This document shows, piece after piece, positions 28,430 through 38,579 of a stretch of DNA of 64,000 bases. Source of the stretch: a virus; the IMG/VR virus record IMGVR_UViG_3300005253_000004, positions 1 through 64,000 of that record; one strand, written 5' to 3'. Made by a program: the position numbers and the translations under genes. A model generated the notes under the pieces. That model made no database searches. It was given only the letters and a program-made list of their open reading frames with translations, and was not told where the DNA came from. Each line of letters starts with the position of its first letter. The stretch's first letter is position 1.

Positions 28430-28770
28430 TTAGTAGAGTAGCAGCGTGTGCATTGGGTTTGGCGTGTGTGTTGGCGATACTGTTTATAGTGGCGCTCCGG
28501 AGTTATGGTGCAAACTTCGACAGCGACTGGCTGTATGAGGATCTGACGTGTGAGGAGCTAGTCTCTGCGTATCAATTTGAAAGAGAAGTCCTACTACAGA
28601 TCAAAGACTCCTACAAAGATTGCTTTGCGTATTATAAGGGGGTGGGTATACCTCTTCATGGGGATCTCCATTGTGCGCTCATCAAGAAGGAAGGGTCGTT
28701 CATACAAGGGATGGCTAATGACTTCGTGGCAGTGTTCAATGCTAAGAGGTGCGTTGGTGTGGGTAAGTGA
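28426..28770 (+). CDS. Secreted/membrane-anchored 4-Cys helical protein D1
   Basis: N-terminal hydrophobic segment; C-x23-C-x16-C-x25-C. Confidence 0.75.
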   Translation: MISRVAACALGLACVLAILFIVALRSYGANFDSDWLYEDLTCEELVSAYQFEREVLLQIKDSYKDCFAYYKGVGIPLHGDLHCALIKKEGSFIQGMANDFVAVFNAKRCVGVGK

Positions 28771-29132
28771 AACGGTTTGGCCTCTTCGTGTGCCTTCTAT
28801 TCTTTTGCGGTGGGGCTGAAGCTAGTCCAGCCACACCAGTCGATGAGACCGACCCGGGTCTGGTGATGTTGTACCTTGGCTTCCCTTGTGAGGCTCTGGA
28901 CGATAGCTACAGCTTTCAATATAACGAGGCGATACACCTGACAAGGCATATGCAGTACTGCGTAGAAGCAATCGAGAACAACCCTGACTACAAATACGGT
29001 AAGCTCATATGTGTGTATGTGGAGATGCAGTGGGATTTTATGAACAGCCATCTAATGGCTGTAAAGAGGGCGCGAGAACTGATGTGTGACGACGGGGAAC
29101 CTAAGCACCCGCAGTACAAAATAGACTTCTAG
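28767..29132 (+). CDS. Secreted 4-Cys helical protein D2 (paralog of D1)
   Basis: Signal peptide ending AEA-S; C-x23-C-x16-C-x24-C. Confidence 0.75.
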   Translation: MKRFGLFVCLLFFCGGAEASPATPVDETDPGLVMLYLGFPCEALDDSYSFQYNEAIHLTRHMQYCVEAIENNPDYKYGKLICVYVEMQWDFMNSHLMAVKRARELMCDDGEPKHPQYKIDF

Positions 29133-29308
29133 TCTTCTTCAACATCCTCTTCCAAGCTATCAATGATGAGGAACCCGTACTCATCGAACTCATCCTCGAC
29201 ATCCTCTGGGGTGTAGTACATCAAGTCAATAGAAGAATCCTTCTGACAGCTAGTGCAGAGAAATCCATTCTGAGTGTACCTGCCACACTTACATCTTACG
29301 AGCGCCAT
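29129..29308 (-). CDS. Small Zn-finger protein with acidic tail (start MALVRCK)
   Basis: CKC..CTSC then D/E-rich C-terminus; stop overlaps convergent + stop (CTAG). Confidence 0.6.
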   Translation of the reverse strand: MALVRCKCGRYTQNGFLCTSCQKDSSIDLMYYTPEDVEDEFDEYGFLIIDSLEEDVEED

Positions 29309-30032
29309 GCTGTAGCCTCTCCAAGTCGGGACTGACCGGGAAGTCATTGATCGGTTCCCGTAGGATAGGCAGTTCTTTCAACAGATCGAAGGGTACCAAC
29401 TCTCCTGGGTGGTACGTATTTTGGGACTTTCGATCCAGTCTCTTCGGCACCGACCCCTCCAGGGGGGAGCGAAGAGAATTGTGGAAGTGCCAGCATGTGA
29501 CGTCTTCAATGTGAAACTCGTTGTTCTGTCGTTGCTTAAACTTAGGTGCTTCTCCTGGGTGGCTGCCGGTGAAGTAAGCGTTCCTGCGGTATAGGCGGTG
29601 GTGTGTGCGCTCGTCTGAATAGCGGTGGACTAGGTCCGTCGCAAGCTCGACACGCTTAACTACCCCGTATTTCACGTTGTCACCCGGTAGTGGGAGCTTA
29701 CACGCGGCAAGGCTGTCTAGGCTGCTAGGATGGTAGATCTCATCGGCATCTACCATTAGGGTCCATTCCGTCTCAGCCTCTACCAGCATACTGTTGCGGT
29801 AGCACCCCTGTATAGAGGGCACGGCGAACGGCAGCTTGCGGACGAAGAACTCAGCGTCCTTCTCAGTTTGGATGAACCAATCTATAATATCTTCAGTGCC
29901 GTCCTCTGAGCCTGCATCATAGATCACATACCGGTTGAAACGACCTCGAAGAGACTCCAAAGCGTAAGGGAGCCAGAACTGGTCATTCAGCGCTAGGATC
30001 ATCGGGGTCAACCCTTCTATAACCTTACTCAT
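29289..30032 (-). CDS. Glycosyltransferase, GT-A fold (GT2-like)
   Basis: VIYDAGSEDGT, RNSML, VDADE (DxD), WHF motifs. Confidence 0.88.
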   Translation of the reverse strand: MSKVIEGLTPMILALNDQFWLPYALESLRGRFNRYVIYDAGSEDGTEDIIDWFIQTEKDAEFFVRKLPFAVPSIQGCYRNSMLVEAETEWTLMVDADEIYHPSSLDSLAACKLPLPGDNVKYGVVKRVELATDLVHRYSDERTHHRLYRRNAYFTGSHPGEAPKFKQRQNNEFHIEDVTCWHFHNSLRSPLEGSVPKRLDRKSQNTYHPGELVPFDLLKELPILREPINDFPVSPDLERLQHGARKM

Positions 30033-30220
30033 GTTATCTCCTTCGGCCTACACTTACGTATTGGGGTGATATTGTACCAATCCGAGGCAACTACACCGTC
30101 ATCACCTAGGATATCTTTCATGAGATCATCAGCATAGGCTTCGACTTCTTCTATATCCTCAGAGTCGACTACAACGCTTATTGCAATATCGTAGTCATGA
30201 AGTAGCTTTTTATTCTTCAT
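30029..30220 (-). CDS. Small hypothetical protein (start MKNKK)
   Basis: GGAGGAG RBS; overlaps both neighbours. Confidence 0.6.
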   Translation of the reverse strand: MKNKKLLHDYDIAISVVVDSEDIEEVEAYADDLMKDILGDDGVVASDWYNITPIRKCRPKEIT

Positions 30221-30404
30221 CGCTTTCTCCTCCCTGCCCATCGAGGGTGGCGCGGACAATCGTGTTTGTACCGCGTAGCATAGCCGCAAGCTTACCCAAG
30301 CCATCCCGCAACCGCTCAATTTCTAAGGTCAACACGTCATGCGCCCAAGCATGATCTGCCTGAATAGACGCAAGCGCCTCCTCAACTTCGCTCTTATCCG
30401 ACAT
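30210..30404 (-). CDS. Small hypothetical protein
   Basis: 64 aa, GGAGG RBS. Confidence 0.65.
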   Translation of the reverse strand: MSDKSEVEEALASIQADHAWAHDVLTLEIERLRDGLGKLAAMLRGTNTIVRATLDGQGGESDEE

Positions 30405-31317
30405 TACACACCTCCAATATCTGTTCCACCCGATGTTTGACCTGATGCTTCTCGTACGCTACTCGGTAAGCTCGCTTAGCCATAGAGCTAGCCAAGGATG
30501 GTTCTCGGAGGCACCACTGGACGTTATTGGCAAGTTCTGATTCGCTACCATAACCGAGAAAATGCTCCCCTTCCTCGAAGAGTTGTGACATTCCATCCCG
30601 AGGGTCCCTATCGGTGACCAACGGGCGCTCCATCAGCATGCTCTCGATCACCCGCTGGTTAGGGCCGTCTCTTTTTTGACCATGATTGAACAAGACTTTG
30701 CATTGCGCCATAGCTTTCGCGGTATCGGGCCACCGCTTCGCGCTCTTCCCAAGCTGTCGGATGTCGAGCTTCCACTTGTTACGGTCCCCTACTGTTTTGA
30801 GTATGTCGGCTCGATCAAGTCCGTGTTTACTTCCAAAGAACCCCACGTCGAAGGGCCGAGACTCATGTACTTCAGGGAGGATATCCTTGTAAAAGTACTT
30901 CGCATCGCTGGCGTTCGGGCACCAGTGGGATGACGAATGTTTGACAAAGAGGTCCCGCTTATCGAAAACAGCGAAGAAAACGTGATCATAGTTCTTAGCC
31001 ACTCGCTTGTGTAGACTGGGCGCCCCGTGGGCATCCACGCTTCTAAATGCACTTGGAACAGGGGCTCGTTCTTCAAAGCAATGGAGAGAAAGGTTACCTT
31101 GCTTGTTTCTTCCTGTGTCAAGGTCGATGAAGAGAGACTGTCGATCTAAGAAGCTTCTGGAAAGATCTTTGAATGTCTCATAAGGGTGCCCTTCACCTAA
31201 TAAAGTCACGCTGTGCCCTAAATCTACCAGGGCGTGGTATGTTGAGTCAGAGTAAGAAAGAACAGGGTTCCCTCTCTTGTCTAGATCTCTTCGGCATCCT
31301 AGGATTATTTCAGCCAT
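30394..31317 (-). CDS. Glycosyltransferase, GT-B fold (CgeB/Glyco_trans_1_2-like; start MAEIILG)
   Basis: DVGFFGS..R, KVLFN, NQRVIE, LVTD, LFEEGEH, H.VKHRVEQIL. Confidence 0.85.
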   Translation of the reverse strand: MAEIILGCRRDLDKRGNPVLSYSDSTYHALVDLGHSVTLLGEGHPYETFKDLSRSFLDRQSLFIDLDTGRNKQGNLSLHCFEERAPVPSAFRSVDAHGAPSLHKRVAKNYDHVFFAVFDKRDLFVKHSSSHWCPNASDAKYFYKDILPEVHESRPFDVGFFGSKHGLDRADILKTVGDRNKWKLDIRQLGKSAKRWPDTAKAMAQCKVLFNHGQKRDGPNQRVIESMLMERPLVTDRDPRDGMSQLFEEGEHFLGYGSESELANNVQWCLREPSLASSMAKRAYRVAYEKHQVKHRVEQILEVCNVG

Positions 31318-31744
31318 TGGTTTTCCTCTTATAATACAAAGTTGCACATGAACGACGGCATGCTCTACACAAACGCCACCCGTTTGATGTGCTGTATGTG
31401 TTCTCTTCATCGAAGATATGCCCGCGCTTGCAATGTGTTTTTCCTATATTTCCGTTCACTTGTCTTCCTTTCGAAACCATGTCTCTCATATTATCTGTAG
31501 TTGTTCCTAGAAACAAATGCTTCAGGTTAACACAGGATGGCGTATCACAATGATGGCACACACACATTCCTTCTGGTATTGGTCCGTTAGCCAACTTCCA
31601 CGCGACTCGATGTACGCTCTTCGTTTTACCTTTTACATTGATTTTTCCATATCCATCAAGATATGTAGCACCTTGCCAAAGCCAGCAATTATTTGAATCA
31701 ATTATCAATCTAGCTTTAAGGCGCTCTTCTACTGTTCCCCTCAT
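31310..31744 (-). CDS. HNH homing endonuclease
   Basis: CWLWQG, GYG, VHRVAW, VCHHCDTPSCVNLKHLFLGT..DN..DM, KTHCKRGH, CRAC; AT-rich. Confidence 0.93.
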   Translation of the reverse strand: MRGTVEERLKARLIIDSNNCWLWQGATYLDGYGKINVKGKTKSVHRVAWKLANGPIPEGMCVCHHCDTPSCVNLKHLFLGTTTDNMRDMVSKGRQVNGNIGKTHCKRGHIFDEENTYSTSNGWRLCRACRRSCATLYYKRKTNG

Positions 31745-32493
31745 CTTAATATCAGTGGGCAGTAGAGTTGCTCAATGTTTTTCAGCTTCTTAGCTACTTT
31801 TCTATTGTACGCGATTTGCTTCTTAATCTTCTCAGGGTCTTCTTCCCATCGACCGCCGATCTGGTCTCCGACTTGTTTGAATTTGTCCCGCGCTTCCGCG
31901 ATATCTAAATAATTAAGCGGATGAGAAACGAGCCCTGCTCTTATCACCCTGCTGGACCATTCGCCGTGTGACATTCCACAACCCTGGAATGCAGGATTAA
32001 AACCCCCCACTGTAGAAATTACCTTGCGAGTAATAAAGGTCATATCCCCCCTCGGCGACGATGCAAATATTGGGGTAGCGTTCATAGTCTTCTTCATGTA
32101 CTCAGTAAAAGACGGCACTGTCTCCGGTATCTCTTTGTCTTGGACCCGAGCCCAGTGATGGACATCCATGAGAGAGGCTGCGGCCTCATAGCATTCGAAC
32201 CAGTTCTTCTCTGTAGGTACGAGGTCATCTTCGATTATACAGCTAAAATGGTGTTGCCGCATGAGGTACAAGCAGCGGGTTTTATTACCACCAACCCCCA
32301 TGTTCGGACCTCGGTAGTAGTGAACACCGGGAAACTCTCTGGTAACGAACTGCGGTGTAGAGTCAGTGCTACCATCATCTACCACGAACACGTCCGTGCC
32401 ATTAGGAACCGTAGAGAGCACACCTTGAATCACCTCATCAATGTGTTCAACTCGGTTGTACGTGCTGATCGCTACTGCTCTAGTTGTCGTCAT
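31741..32493 (-). CDS. Glycosyltransferase family 2 (start MTTTRAV)
   Basis: ISTYNR, VVDDGSTDST, NMGV, IEDD, VGGFNPAF motifs. Confidence 0.9.
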   Translation of the reverse strand: MTTTRAVAISTYNRVEHIDEVIQGVLSTVPNGTDVFVVDDGSTDSTPQFVTREFPGVHYYRGPNMGVGGNKTRCLYLMRQHHFSCIIEDDLVPTEKNWFECYEAAASLMDVHHWARVQDKEIPETVPSFTEYMKKTMNATPIFASSPRGDMTFITRKVISTVGGFNPAFQGCGMSHGEWSSRVIRAGLVSHPLNYLDIAEARDKFKQVGDQIGGRWEEDPEKIKKQIAYNRKVAKKLKNIEQLYCPLILR

Positions 32494-32983
32494 GTTCCCC
32501 CTCGTCTCCCCCTTCGTCAGTGGCGACCGGCTTGCGGATTGCGGCTCGCCAGCGGGTGTCGTGATCGCCATTGCCATAGCAAGCGTACCCTACGCCCTTG
32601 TTACACGTAGGGCATTCCACGGACCACGAGTTCACGCTCGCTGCTCGCTCGGTTTCGGCCGCGACGGCGAGGCGGCGGGCCTTATCCTGGGGGTGTTCAT
32701 CGTTGGTCATGTACGAGAGCGAGCCCTCCACGTATTCCACCAGATCCCCCAGCGCCTCCACCAGCTTCGCGTTCTCTGCGCGGAGGCGGGTAGTCTCTTT
32801 CTGCTCATCAAGAAAACTCTCGATTGCGTCAGTCACACTTTCGCCGAGCGCTCCGTTGTTCCCCCGCAGCCGCTCCACCTCGTCGGCAGCTTCACACTGC
32901 CAGCACTCGCCGCCCTCCTCGCTCACGCAATTAAACGAGCGGTTGTGGTCTCGCAGCCGCGCAACCAGATCAACCTCGCTCAT
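32480..32983 (-). CDS. Hypothetical coiled-coil protein with Zn-finger motifs
   Basis: EAADEVERLR, RLRAENAKL, CPTC..C..H..R. Confidence 0.7.
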   Translation of the reverse strand: MSEVDLVARLRDHNRSFNCVSEEGGECWQCEAADEVERLRGNNGALGESVTDAIESFLDEQKETTRLRAENAKLVEALGDLVEYVEGSLSYMTNDEHPQDKARRLAVAAETERAASVNSWSVECPTCNKGVGYACYGNGDHDTRWRAAIRKPVATDEGGDEGEHDDN

Positions 32984-33149
32984 CGTCTCCCTCCTCTACC
33001 TCTATTGTATCCATATCTTCGCACTGATTCGTTAAGTATCGAAGAGCCGAGCCTACTACCTGCAGTGCCTCTTTGATATTATTGAACTTCCCTGGTGCCG
33101 CGTACTGAAAGGCACTCTCAATCTGTTTGGTCAGGTCTTCTTGAGTCAA
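32970..33149 (-). CDS. 59-aa hypothetical protein (below ORF-track cutoff)
   Basis: Manual translation from TTG: [59 protein letters not shown]; AGGAG RBS; TTGA overlap with upstream stop. Confidence 0.6.
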   Translation of the reverse strand: MTQEDLTKQIESAFQYAAPGKFNNIKEALQVVGSALRYLTNQCEDMDTIEVEEGDDERG

Positions 33150-36100
33150 AACAGGTCTCCTATGATACTATTCCAGTTCTTCAGGTACTCCGTCGAGTCA
33201 GCCGATTCTGCTGCTGTCTTGAAGCCAGCCTCCACCAGAGTTTGTTTGTATTCTGTCTCTTGGTAGAGCGTATCAACGCACTTCGTAAGACCTTCAACGT
33301 CGCCTACCTTAGCGAGGAGACAGTTCTTTCCATCCTTCAAGAACTCGGCCCCGGTGTCGGTGGACACAATAGCGCATGCGCTGGACATAGCCTCCAACGT
33401 CATGCGCCCTAGCCCCTCGGTGTGAGACGCAATGATCCAGATGTCTACCTGCGCCATGATTTTAGCCATCTCTTCCCTGCTCGGGCTGAGTACGTAGTTC
33501 AACCAATCAGGTTTATTCTTAGCAAACTCGGGTACCTCACCTACACCCACCAACTGGAGTTTACTGGGGTACTTACGAGCCATAGCTTCCATAACTTGAA
33601 GCGCCTCAGTAGTTCCCTTGAGAGGATGCTGGTGGATCAGCGTTCCTATGGTGAGGCCAACCTCTTTGTCTCCGAATCTCCGACGGTTCGCTGTTGCACT
33701 GAACAGTTCATGCCCGTAGTGGTACCACCCTACCCGCTTGGCGTTCTTATGTGTCTTATACTCCCACCCCTCAGTCACCGTCTCACACGCTTCCTTCAAC
33801 CACTGCGTGCTTGTGGCTATGGCGTCCCACTCAAGGTTCAATGAGTCAGTTTCTAGTGACTGGAACCTAGGGTTGTGTGACAGCTTGAGCATGACCTTCT
33901 TCTGGATTTGCGACATCTCAAGGAATTCCTTGTTGTGCTCGTTGTCTGAATTTGAGATCAACAAGTCACAAGGCGGGATGTTCTGCCAGTCTACACGCAG
34001 CGGTACCTCACAGCTCTTCTGAATGCTCGGGGAGATATCGGTGTAGATAGAGTAGAGACACACATTGTGCCCTGCTTTTTGGAGCATATTGGCCGTGTTC
34101 AGGATGGTGGTGGGCCCACCATGCTTCCGTAGGTGAGGGGTGATGATTGCAATCTTCTTTGATTCTACCCTGAGGTCTAACTTCTTCTCTAGCAGCTTGA
34201 TGAAGTTGAGTACTCCCTGTTGCCTAGTCAGCTTTTGAACTGTCTTCTGCCCTGCTTCCCTGAGCTGGGCTAACCGCTTCGGCTCGTTGAACAAAAGGTT
34301 GTAAATCCTCTCTGCCATGACCTCAGGTACTGTCTTGTTGTTAAGGATGATAGCGTCAAGGTCGTGTGTTGCGTACTCCCTGATACCCTTGTTGTCCCAA
34401 CACACCGGTACCGCACCAGAGGCCATCGCCTCTAGGGATGGTAGCCCATAGCTGTGGTTCCTTGCGGGGTCAACGTAGATGTCTACCTCTGTCCCTAGAA
34501 CCTTAGCGAATCTCGTCTGAGGTAGGATGCCTAGCCCTATAATGTAGGGAGCGCCTTGCACTGAGTCGACTCCGTTAGCCAGAATCCGGACCTCCTTCTT
34601 ATTCTCTTTACAGAGCCTATGTATGTGACTACACAGTTCGACACCACGGTCATGACCCTTGAAGGGGTACACCTGATTGCCTAGAGATACCAGCACAGTA
34701 AGACGTTCGTCGCCCTCTTCTCTACCTTTGGGGAAGAACATCAGTTCGTCATACCCAGGGTTGATGGTGCCGTGTACCTTGTGAGACTTAGCCATCTTCT
34801 TCGCTGTCCACTTGCTGTTGGTAAAGGTGAAGTCAGCCAGCTTGTTAGCGTTCCTGATGGCGTCCTTTAACTGCTTGGAGGGTGCGATAGAGAGGTCGTC
34901 ACTCTGTGAGAAATGGATCGAGGTCAGCTTAGAGTTCCCGTGTGTCACCGCAGCTACCAGAGGCATCAGCTCTCCAGTACCAGCCACCACGATACCTTCC
35001 TTAAACACTCGGTCGTGGAAGTTGTTGACGAAGTCAGGTGTGCCTTCAAATACGATGGGTTCTGTTCGCAGTGAAGGCAACACGTTCTTCTTCATTTTAG
35101 GGTCCCTTTTAACATGAACGATCTTAGCCTCTACTCCTACCTCATTGAGGTGGTTGACGATGTCTGTAATCACCTTCATACCACCACAGTTCTCCGTGCT
35201 GTACACCACGAAGCAGATACGGTACGGCGGGTTCTCCTTCTTGATGATGTCTTCAGCGACAGGCGTCCTTAAGGTTGCTAAGGACTTACGGATGTCAAAG
35301 GACTGTTCCCAAACCTTGAACCCAGGCCAGATACTATGAAACCGGGCTGCCCCTGCTTTCCGGAACCCCATGTGTTCTTCCGCGCCCATCACACTGAACG
35401 AGGTTCCCCTCTCATGGAAGATGTAAGTGTCATCTGCGAGTACTGACTTCCAATTCGTCACCGCGCCTTTATGGACCCTAGTGATAGTTCTCATCCAATA
35501 ATCTGACTCCTCGCCGTAGGACACGTACCCCTCATCGAAGGTACCTATGTCATTCACTAGAGAGCGGGGTATGAAGAAGCAAAAGCCTGTGGGCATGACC
35601 TCCGGGTAGGAATGAGAAGACAGCTTCTCAAAGGCCCGGTTCATATCGTTGTAGTCGTAGCCCTCTTGGAGAGGGATATTGATGAGGGCGGTGTTGTTGG
35701 TGCAAGGGTTGATGATCTTGTTATGTTCTGGATCTGTCTCCATCGCCACCACCAGCTTGAAGAGCCAGCCCTTCGTGACCAGCACGTCTGAGTTGAGGAC
35801 GCAGATGTAGTCGTTCTCCCCTGCCTCGATGCCTCGGTTGACCGTAGCGGCAAAGCCTCGGTTCCTCTTGTTGAAGAGAACGGTGTGGTTGGGGTGCTCC
35901 GTAGCCCACTCCTTGAGCCATGTAGTGGTGCCCTTGTCAGGCGAGGCGTCGTCAACGAGGATGAGTTTGTAAGGCCAGCCTGTACGCTGGGCAATGGAAG
36001 CAAGACAAGGAGCTAAGACGTGGAGTCCACCGTACACCGGGATCACGATATCTACTGGCTTGACTCCCTTATACAGAATGTTAGAGAATGCCTTCATCTT

Positions 36101-36277
36101 GTTCTTGTTCGACTTCACCAAGGCGCTGTTAGCACCCAACACCTGATTACCTAGAGCCTGGATCTGTGACTGAAGCTCCTTGGGTACTGCCTGCATCTCC
36201 TCATCAAGCGAGGACACGAAGGCATCCACCTCCTCTTTAGTCTTACCTCTCCAGTTACCCTTCTTATCAAACGCCAT
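33146..36277 (-). CDS. Multidomain glycosyltransferase GT2 + GT4 + GT4 (start MAFDKK, 1043 aa)
   Basis: GT2: VIPVY, VDDASPD, NRGFA, LNSD, FDEGY..GEESD, FHE; GT-B 1: [23 protein letters not shown]; GT-B 2: [23 protein letters not shown]; AAGGAG RBS. Confidence 0.92.
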   Translation of the reverse strand: MAFDKKGNWRGKTKEEVDAFVSSLDEEMQAVPKELQSQIQALGNQVLGANSALVKSNKNKMKAFSNILYKGVKPVDIVIPVYGGLHVLAPCLASIAQRTGWPYKLILVDDASPDKGTTTWLKEWATEHPNHTVLFNKRNRGFAATVNRGIEAGENDYICVLNSDVLVTKGWLFKLVVAMETDPEHNKIINPCTNNTALINIPLQEGYDYNDMNRAFEKLSSHSYPEVMPTGFCFFIPRSLVNDIGTFDEGYVSYGEESDYWMRTITRVHKGAVTNWKSVLADDTYIFHERGTSFSVMGAEEHMGFRKAGAARFHSIWPGFKVWEQSFDIRKSLATLRTPVAEDIIKKENPPYRICFVVYSTENCGGMKVITDIVNHLNEVGVEAKIVHVKRDPKMKKNVLPSLRTEPIVFEGTPDFVNNFHDRVFKEGIVVAGTGELMPLVAAVTHGNSKLTSIHFSQSDDLSIAPSKQLKDAIRNANKLADFTFTNSKWTAKKMAKSHKVHGTINPGYDELMFFPKGREEGDERLTVLVSLGNQVYPFKGHDRGVELCSHIHRLCKENKKEVRILANGVDSVQGAPYIIGLGILPQTRFAKVLGTEVDIYVDPARNHSYGLPSLEAMASGAVPVCWDNKGIREYATHDLDAIILNNKTVPEVMAERIYNLLFNEPKRLAQLREAGQKTVQKLTRQQGVLNFIKLLEKKLDLRVESKKIAIITPHLRKHGGPTTILNTANMLQKAGHNVCLYSIYTDISPSIQKSCEVPLRVDWQNIPPCDLLISNSDNEHNKEFLEMSQIQKKVMLKLSHNPRFQSLETDSLNLEWDAIATSTQWLKEACETVTEGWEYKTHKNAKRVGWYHYGHELFSATANRRRFGDKEVGLTIGTLIHQHPLKGTTEALQVMEAMARKYPSKLQLVGVGEVPEFAKNKPDWLNYVLSPSREEMAKIMAQVDIWIIASHTEGLGRMTLEAMSSACAIVSTDTGAEFLKDGKNCLLAKVGDVEGLTKCVDTLYQETEYKQTLVEAGFKTAAESADSTEYLKNWNSIIGDLF

Positions 36278-36629
36278 ACTGCTCCTTAATCCGCTTGTCT
36301 TCTTCAGAGAGCACCGGCATCTCGGCGGTGGCGTTGCTCTGCCTTTCCTCTTCCTCCATCCGGGCCTCCTCTGCCCTGAGAGCAGCGTACCCCAAACCAT
36401 CCCGGTAGTCGTCGTACTTGTACGCGCCCTGGACTGAACGGCACTTTTTGAGGACTTCCATAAACAGCCAGCCGTCACAGTTCGACAGCTTGTGCCCTGT
36501 GATGGCATTGAACGCCGTCACACAGCGGGGGATGGTACGCTCCCCGTCGGGCTGGTCTCGCTCTTCACCCCTCTGGATGATAGTCTTCTTGGCGTCGTCA
36601 AATACAAACTCGATATGTTTTTGTCCCAT
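36267..36629 (-). CDS. DUF6378-like protein
   Basis: [32 protein letters not shown]. Confidence 0.75.
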   Translation of the reverse strand: MGQKHIEFVFDDAKKTIIQRGEERDQPDGERTIPRCVTAFNAITGHKLSNCDGWLFMEVLKKCRSVQGAYKYDDYRDGLGYAALRAEEARMEEEERQSNATAEMPVLSEEDKRIKEQYGV

Positions 36630-36638
36630 GCTCCCTCC

Positions 36639-37769
36639 TTAAACGTATGTGCCGCCTTGTGTCATGATAGGCTTCGGAGGCACCCATCCATCCTGGCGGG
36701 CCATCCTGTAAACCTCAGCCAAGGTTAGTGCTTTAGTAATGTGAGTTTCCTTACCCTTACCCTCACCCTCGGCCAGCTTAGAGTACAACGTATTTGCTTC
36801 TTTGGCACTAAGCGCATCGAATACGAGGTGCTGACACATCCGTCCAGGGCGGACAATCGCATCGTCGAGTTCCATCGTACCCGCGTTGGTCGTGGCTACG
36901 ATTCTGATGTCCATCATCTCACCAAGGAGGCCGTCTCCGAGGTTCAGCAACCCGCTGAGCTGACTCATTCCCGATGACTTCCTATTAGAGAGAGCCACGT
37001 CTGCATCTTCAAGAATGAATGTAATCGGCTTACCCTGGTCACGCCCGGTGCTCATCAGAATCGGCAGGATGGAGGGCCCAGACAGATCGGCGATCATATT
37101 GGAGCCAACGATAATGAAAGTAGACTCAACCGTAGACACCAAAGATCTAATCATGTAACTCTTACCCGTACCCGGTGCCCCTTGAAACAGCACAAGCCTA
37201 CCACAAGGCGTCTTAGTAGCGAGACACGCCTTCACATGCTCAAACCCTTTAATGACATTAGCCGAGTAGTTACAGGTGAGTATCTCTTGACTGAACTGTC
37301 CAAGAGCTGAAAGCCCCAAGCCGTTAGGGGTGCTAACCAGAGCAAGCACAGCATTCGAGGGAGGCGAGGTCTGGATCAAGCCCTTAAACTTGTCCTTGAT
37401 CTTATCGAATGTTTCCTGCTGGGTTGTCACCAGATCAAACTCGATGTGGTTCTTCTTATTTTTATCCTTGAACTTATGGATAAGCGCAGACAGATAAGAA
37501 GCATCGTCAACAAAGACGTATTGATTCTCGCTGTCGTTTTCTTGGAACGAGATGTGGGGTCCAAACAACGCAGTCAGTTGCTTAAGTGTCTCTTCTTTGT
37601 CTCCCCTACCCTCATGCATATACCTAAGTACTGGGGTTTCTCTCTTAAGGGCAGCATCCATCATAGCCTGATACTGAAAAAGAGATTCCATCCCGTACAT
37701 CTCCCGGGATACCTGCAGTCTTTTGTCAAGCTTCCCCAAGAGGGCTTTATCCACCGTGGTTTTACTCAT
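36639..37769 (-). CDS. AAA+ ATPase
   Basis: Walker A GAPGTGKS, Walker B ILEDAD, LLNLGDG, TTN, DDAIVRPGR. Confidence 0.9.
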   Translation of the reverse strand: MSKTTVDKALLGKLDKRLQVSREMYGMESLFQYQAMMDAALKRETPVLRYMHEGRGDKEETLKQLTALFGPHISFQENDSENQYVFVDDASYLSALIHKFKDKNKKNHIEFDLVTTQQETFDKIKDKFKGLIQTSPPSNAVLALVSTPNGLGLSALGQFSQEILTCNYSANVIKGFEHVKACLATKTPCGRLVLFQGAPGTGKSYMIRSLVSTVESTFIIVGSNMIADLSGPSILPILMSTGRDQGKPITFILEDADVALSNRKSSGMSQLSGLLNLGDGLLGEMMDIRIVATTNAGTMELDDAIVRPGRMCQHLVFDALSAKEANTLYSKLAEGEGKGKETHITKALTLAEVYRMARQDGWVPPKPIMTQGGTYV

Positions 37770-37787
37770 TCTCTCTCCTTAACCTCA

Positions 37788-37816
37788 ATTATAGCTTTTA
37801 TTTCAAACTTTTGCAA
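37788..37816 (-). promoter_or_regulatory. Sigma70-type promoter, conserved-spacer class
   Basis: TTGCAA-aagtttgaaataaaagc-TATAAT on - strand. Confidence 0.88.
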
Positions 37817-37829
37817 CCCCGTCTGCGGG

Positions 37830-38150
37830 TCAAGAATCGTCGTATTCAATCTTTCTGATGGACCCATCAGTGAAGTCAATCAGCTCTCCGTCCTTGTAGT
37901 GGCGTTCCAGCACCTCAGCGAAGCAGGAAATATGAACCCTCCACTGCCCTGTTAACAGGAGATGCATGCCTGTATCAAAACCCACGAACTTCTTACAGGT
38001 GGCACAGCGAGGAGGCAACTTCTTCCGGGTATGGAGGGCCTTATCCTCTCCCATATGCCCAGACCCTGTCAATACTCTAAGGTCATCCTCAGTCTCATAG
38101 GCAGGAGTCTCATCCTCAGGCGTTATGAACCACTCCCTCCAGTTCCTCAT
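37830..38150 (-). CDS. Hypothetical Zn-binding protein
   Basis: CATC..HISC; ATGA overlap. Confidence 0.7.
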   Translation of the reverse strand: MRNWREWFITPEDETPAYETEDDLRVLTGSGHMGEDKALHTRKKLPPRCATCKKFVGFDTGMHLLLTGQWRVHISCFAEVLERHYKDGELIDFTDGSIRKIEYDDS

Positions 38151-38566
38151 GGCCCGATTCGGTTGTTGAGCAAGACGATATGGTCGTACGCTTCCTGCAT
38201 GTTTCGGAAGATTTTATGAGAATGGTAGTGGCACCATGCGCTCAAGCGCATGCCTTCGGGAGCTACTACAACTACGTGTTTGTCCTTCATCCAAGCCAAT
38301 AAAATCTCCATGCTAGTCCCTACACTTATCTTCGTGTAGTTAACCAAGAGCACATCCGCTGCTTCGATGTCGAGCTTGTCTGCTTCAACAAGATCAGGCA
38401 ACACACTTTCTGGATCACTTCCGTAATCCTCAGACCTGTAAACCCTATCCGTTGGGTCGAGACATCTAATCCCAGCGTCGTTCAGATAACTCTTTGCATC
38501 CTCCCTCCACGTATTCATTTCTTCTTCAGTATAGCCGTCCATGGGTCCGCATAAATAGACTCTCAT
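38147..38566 (-). CDS. Nucleoside 2-deoxyribosyltransferase-like / nucleotide N-glycosidase (start MRVYL)
   Basis: VYLCGPM, WRE, LDP, D..DIEAADVLL, SVGTSMEI..A. Confidence 0.85.
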   Translation of the reverse strand: MRVYLCGPMDGYTEEEMNTWREDAKSYLNDAGIRCLDPTDRVYRSEDYGSDPESVLPDLVEADKLDIEAADVLLVNYTKISVGTSMEILLAWMKDKHVVVVAPEGMRLSAWCHYHSHKIFRNMQEAYDHIVLLNNRIGP

Positions 38567-38579
38567 TTTAGTAGCCTCC

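Noticed and set aside
32970-33149. Apparent gap or frameshifted pseudogene after the large GT
   Set aside because: Careful translation gives an intact 59-aa ORF just under the track cutoff
36278-36508. N-terminal extension of the large glycosyltransferase in the ORF track
   Set aside because: It overlaps the DUF6378-like gene, and the RBS-supported start is ATG 36277; similar over-extensions were trimmed for 30394, 31741, 43042, 45318 and 52455
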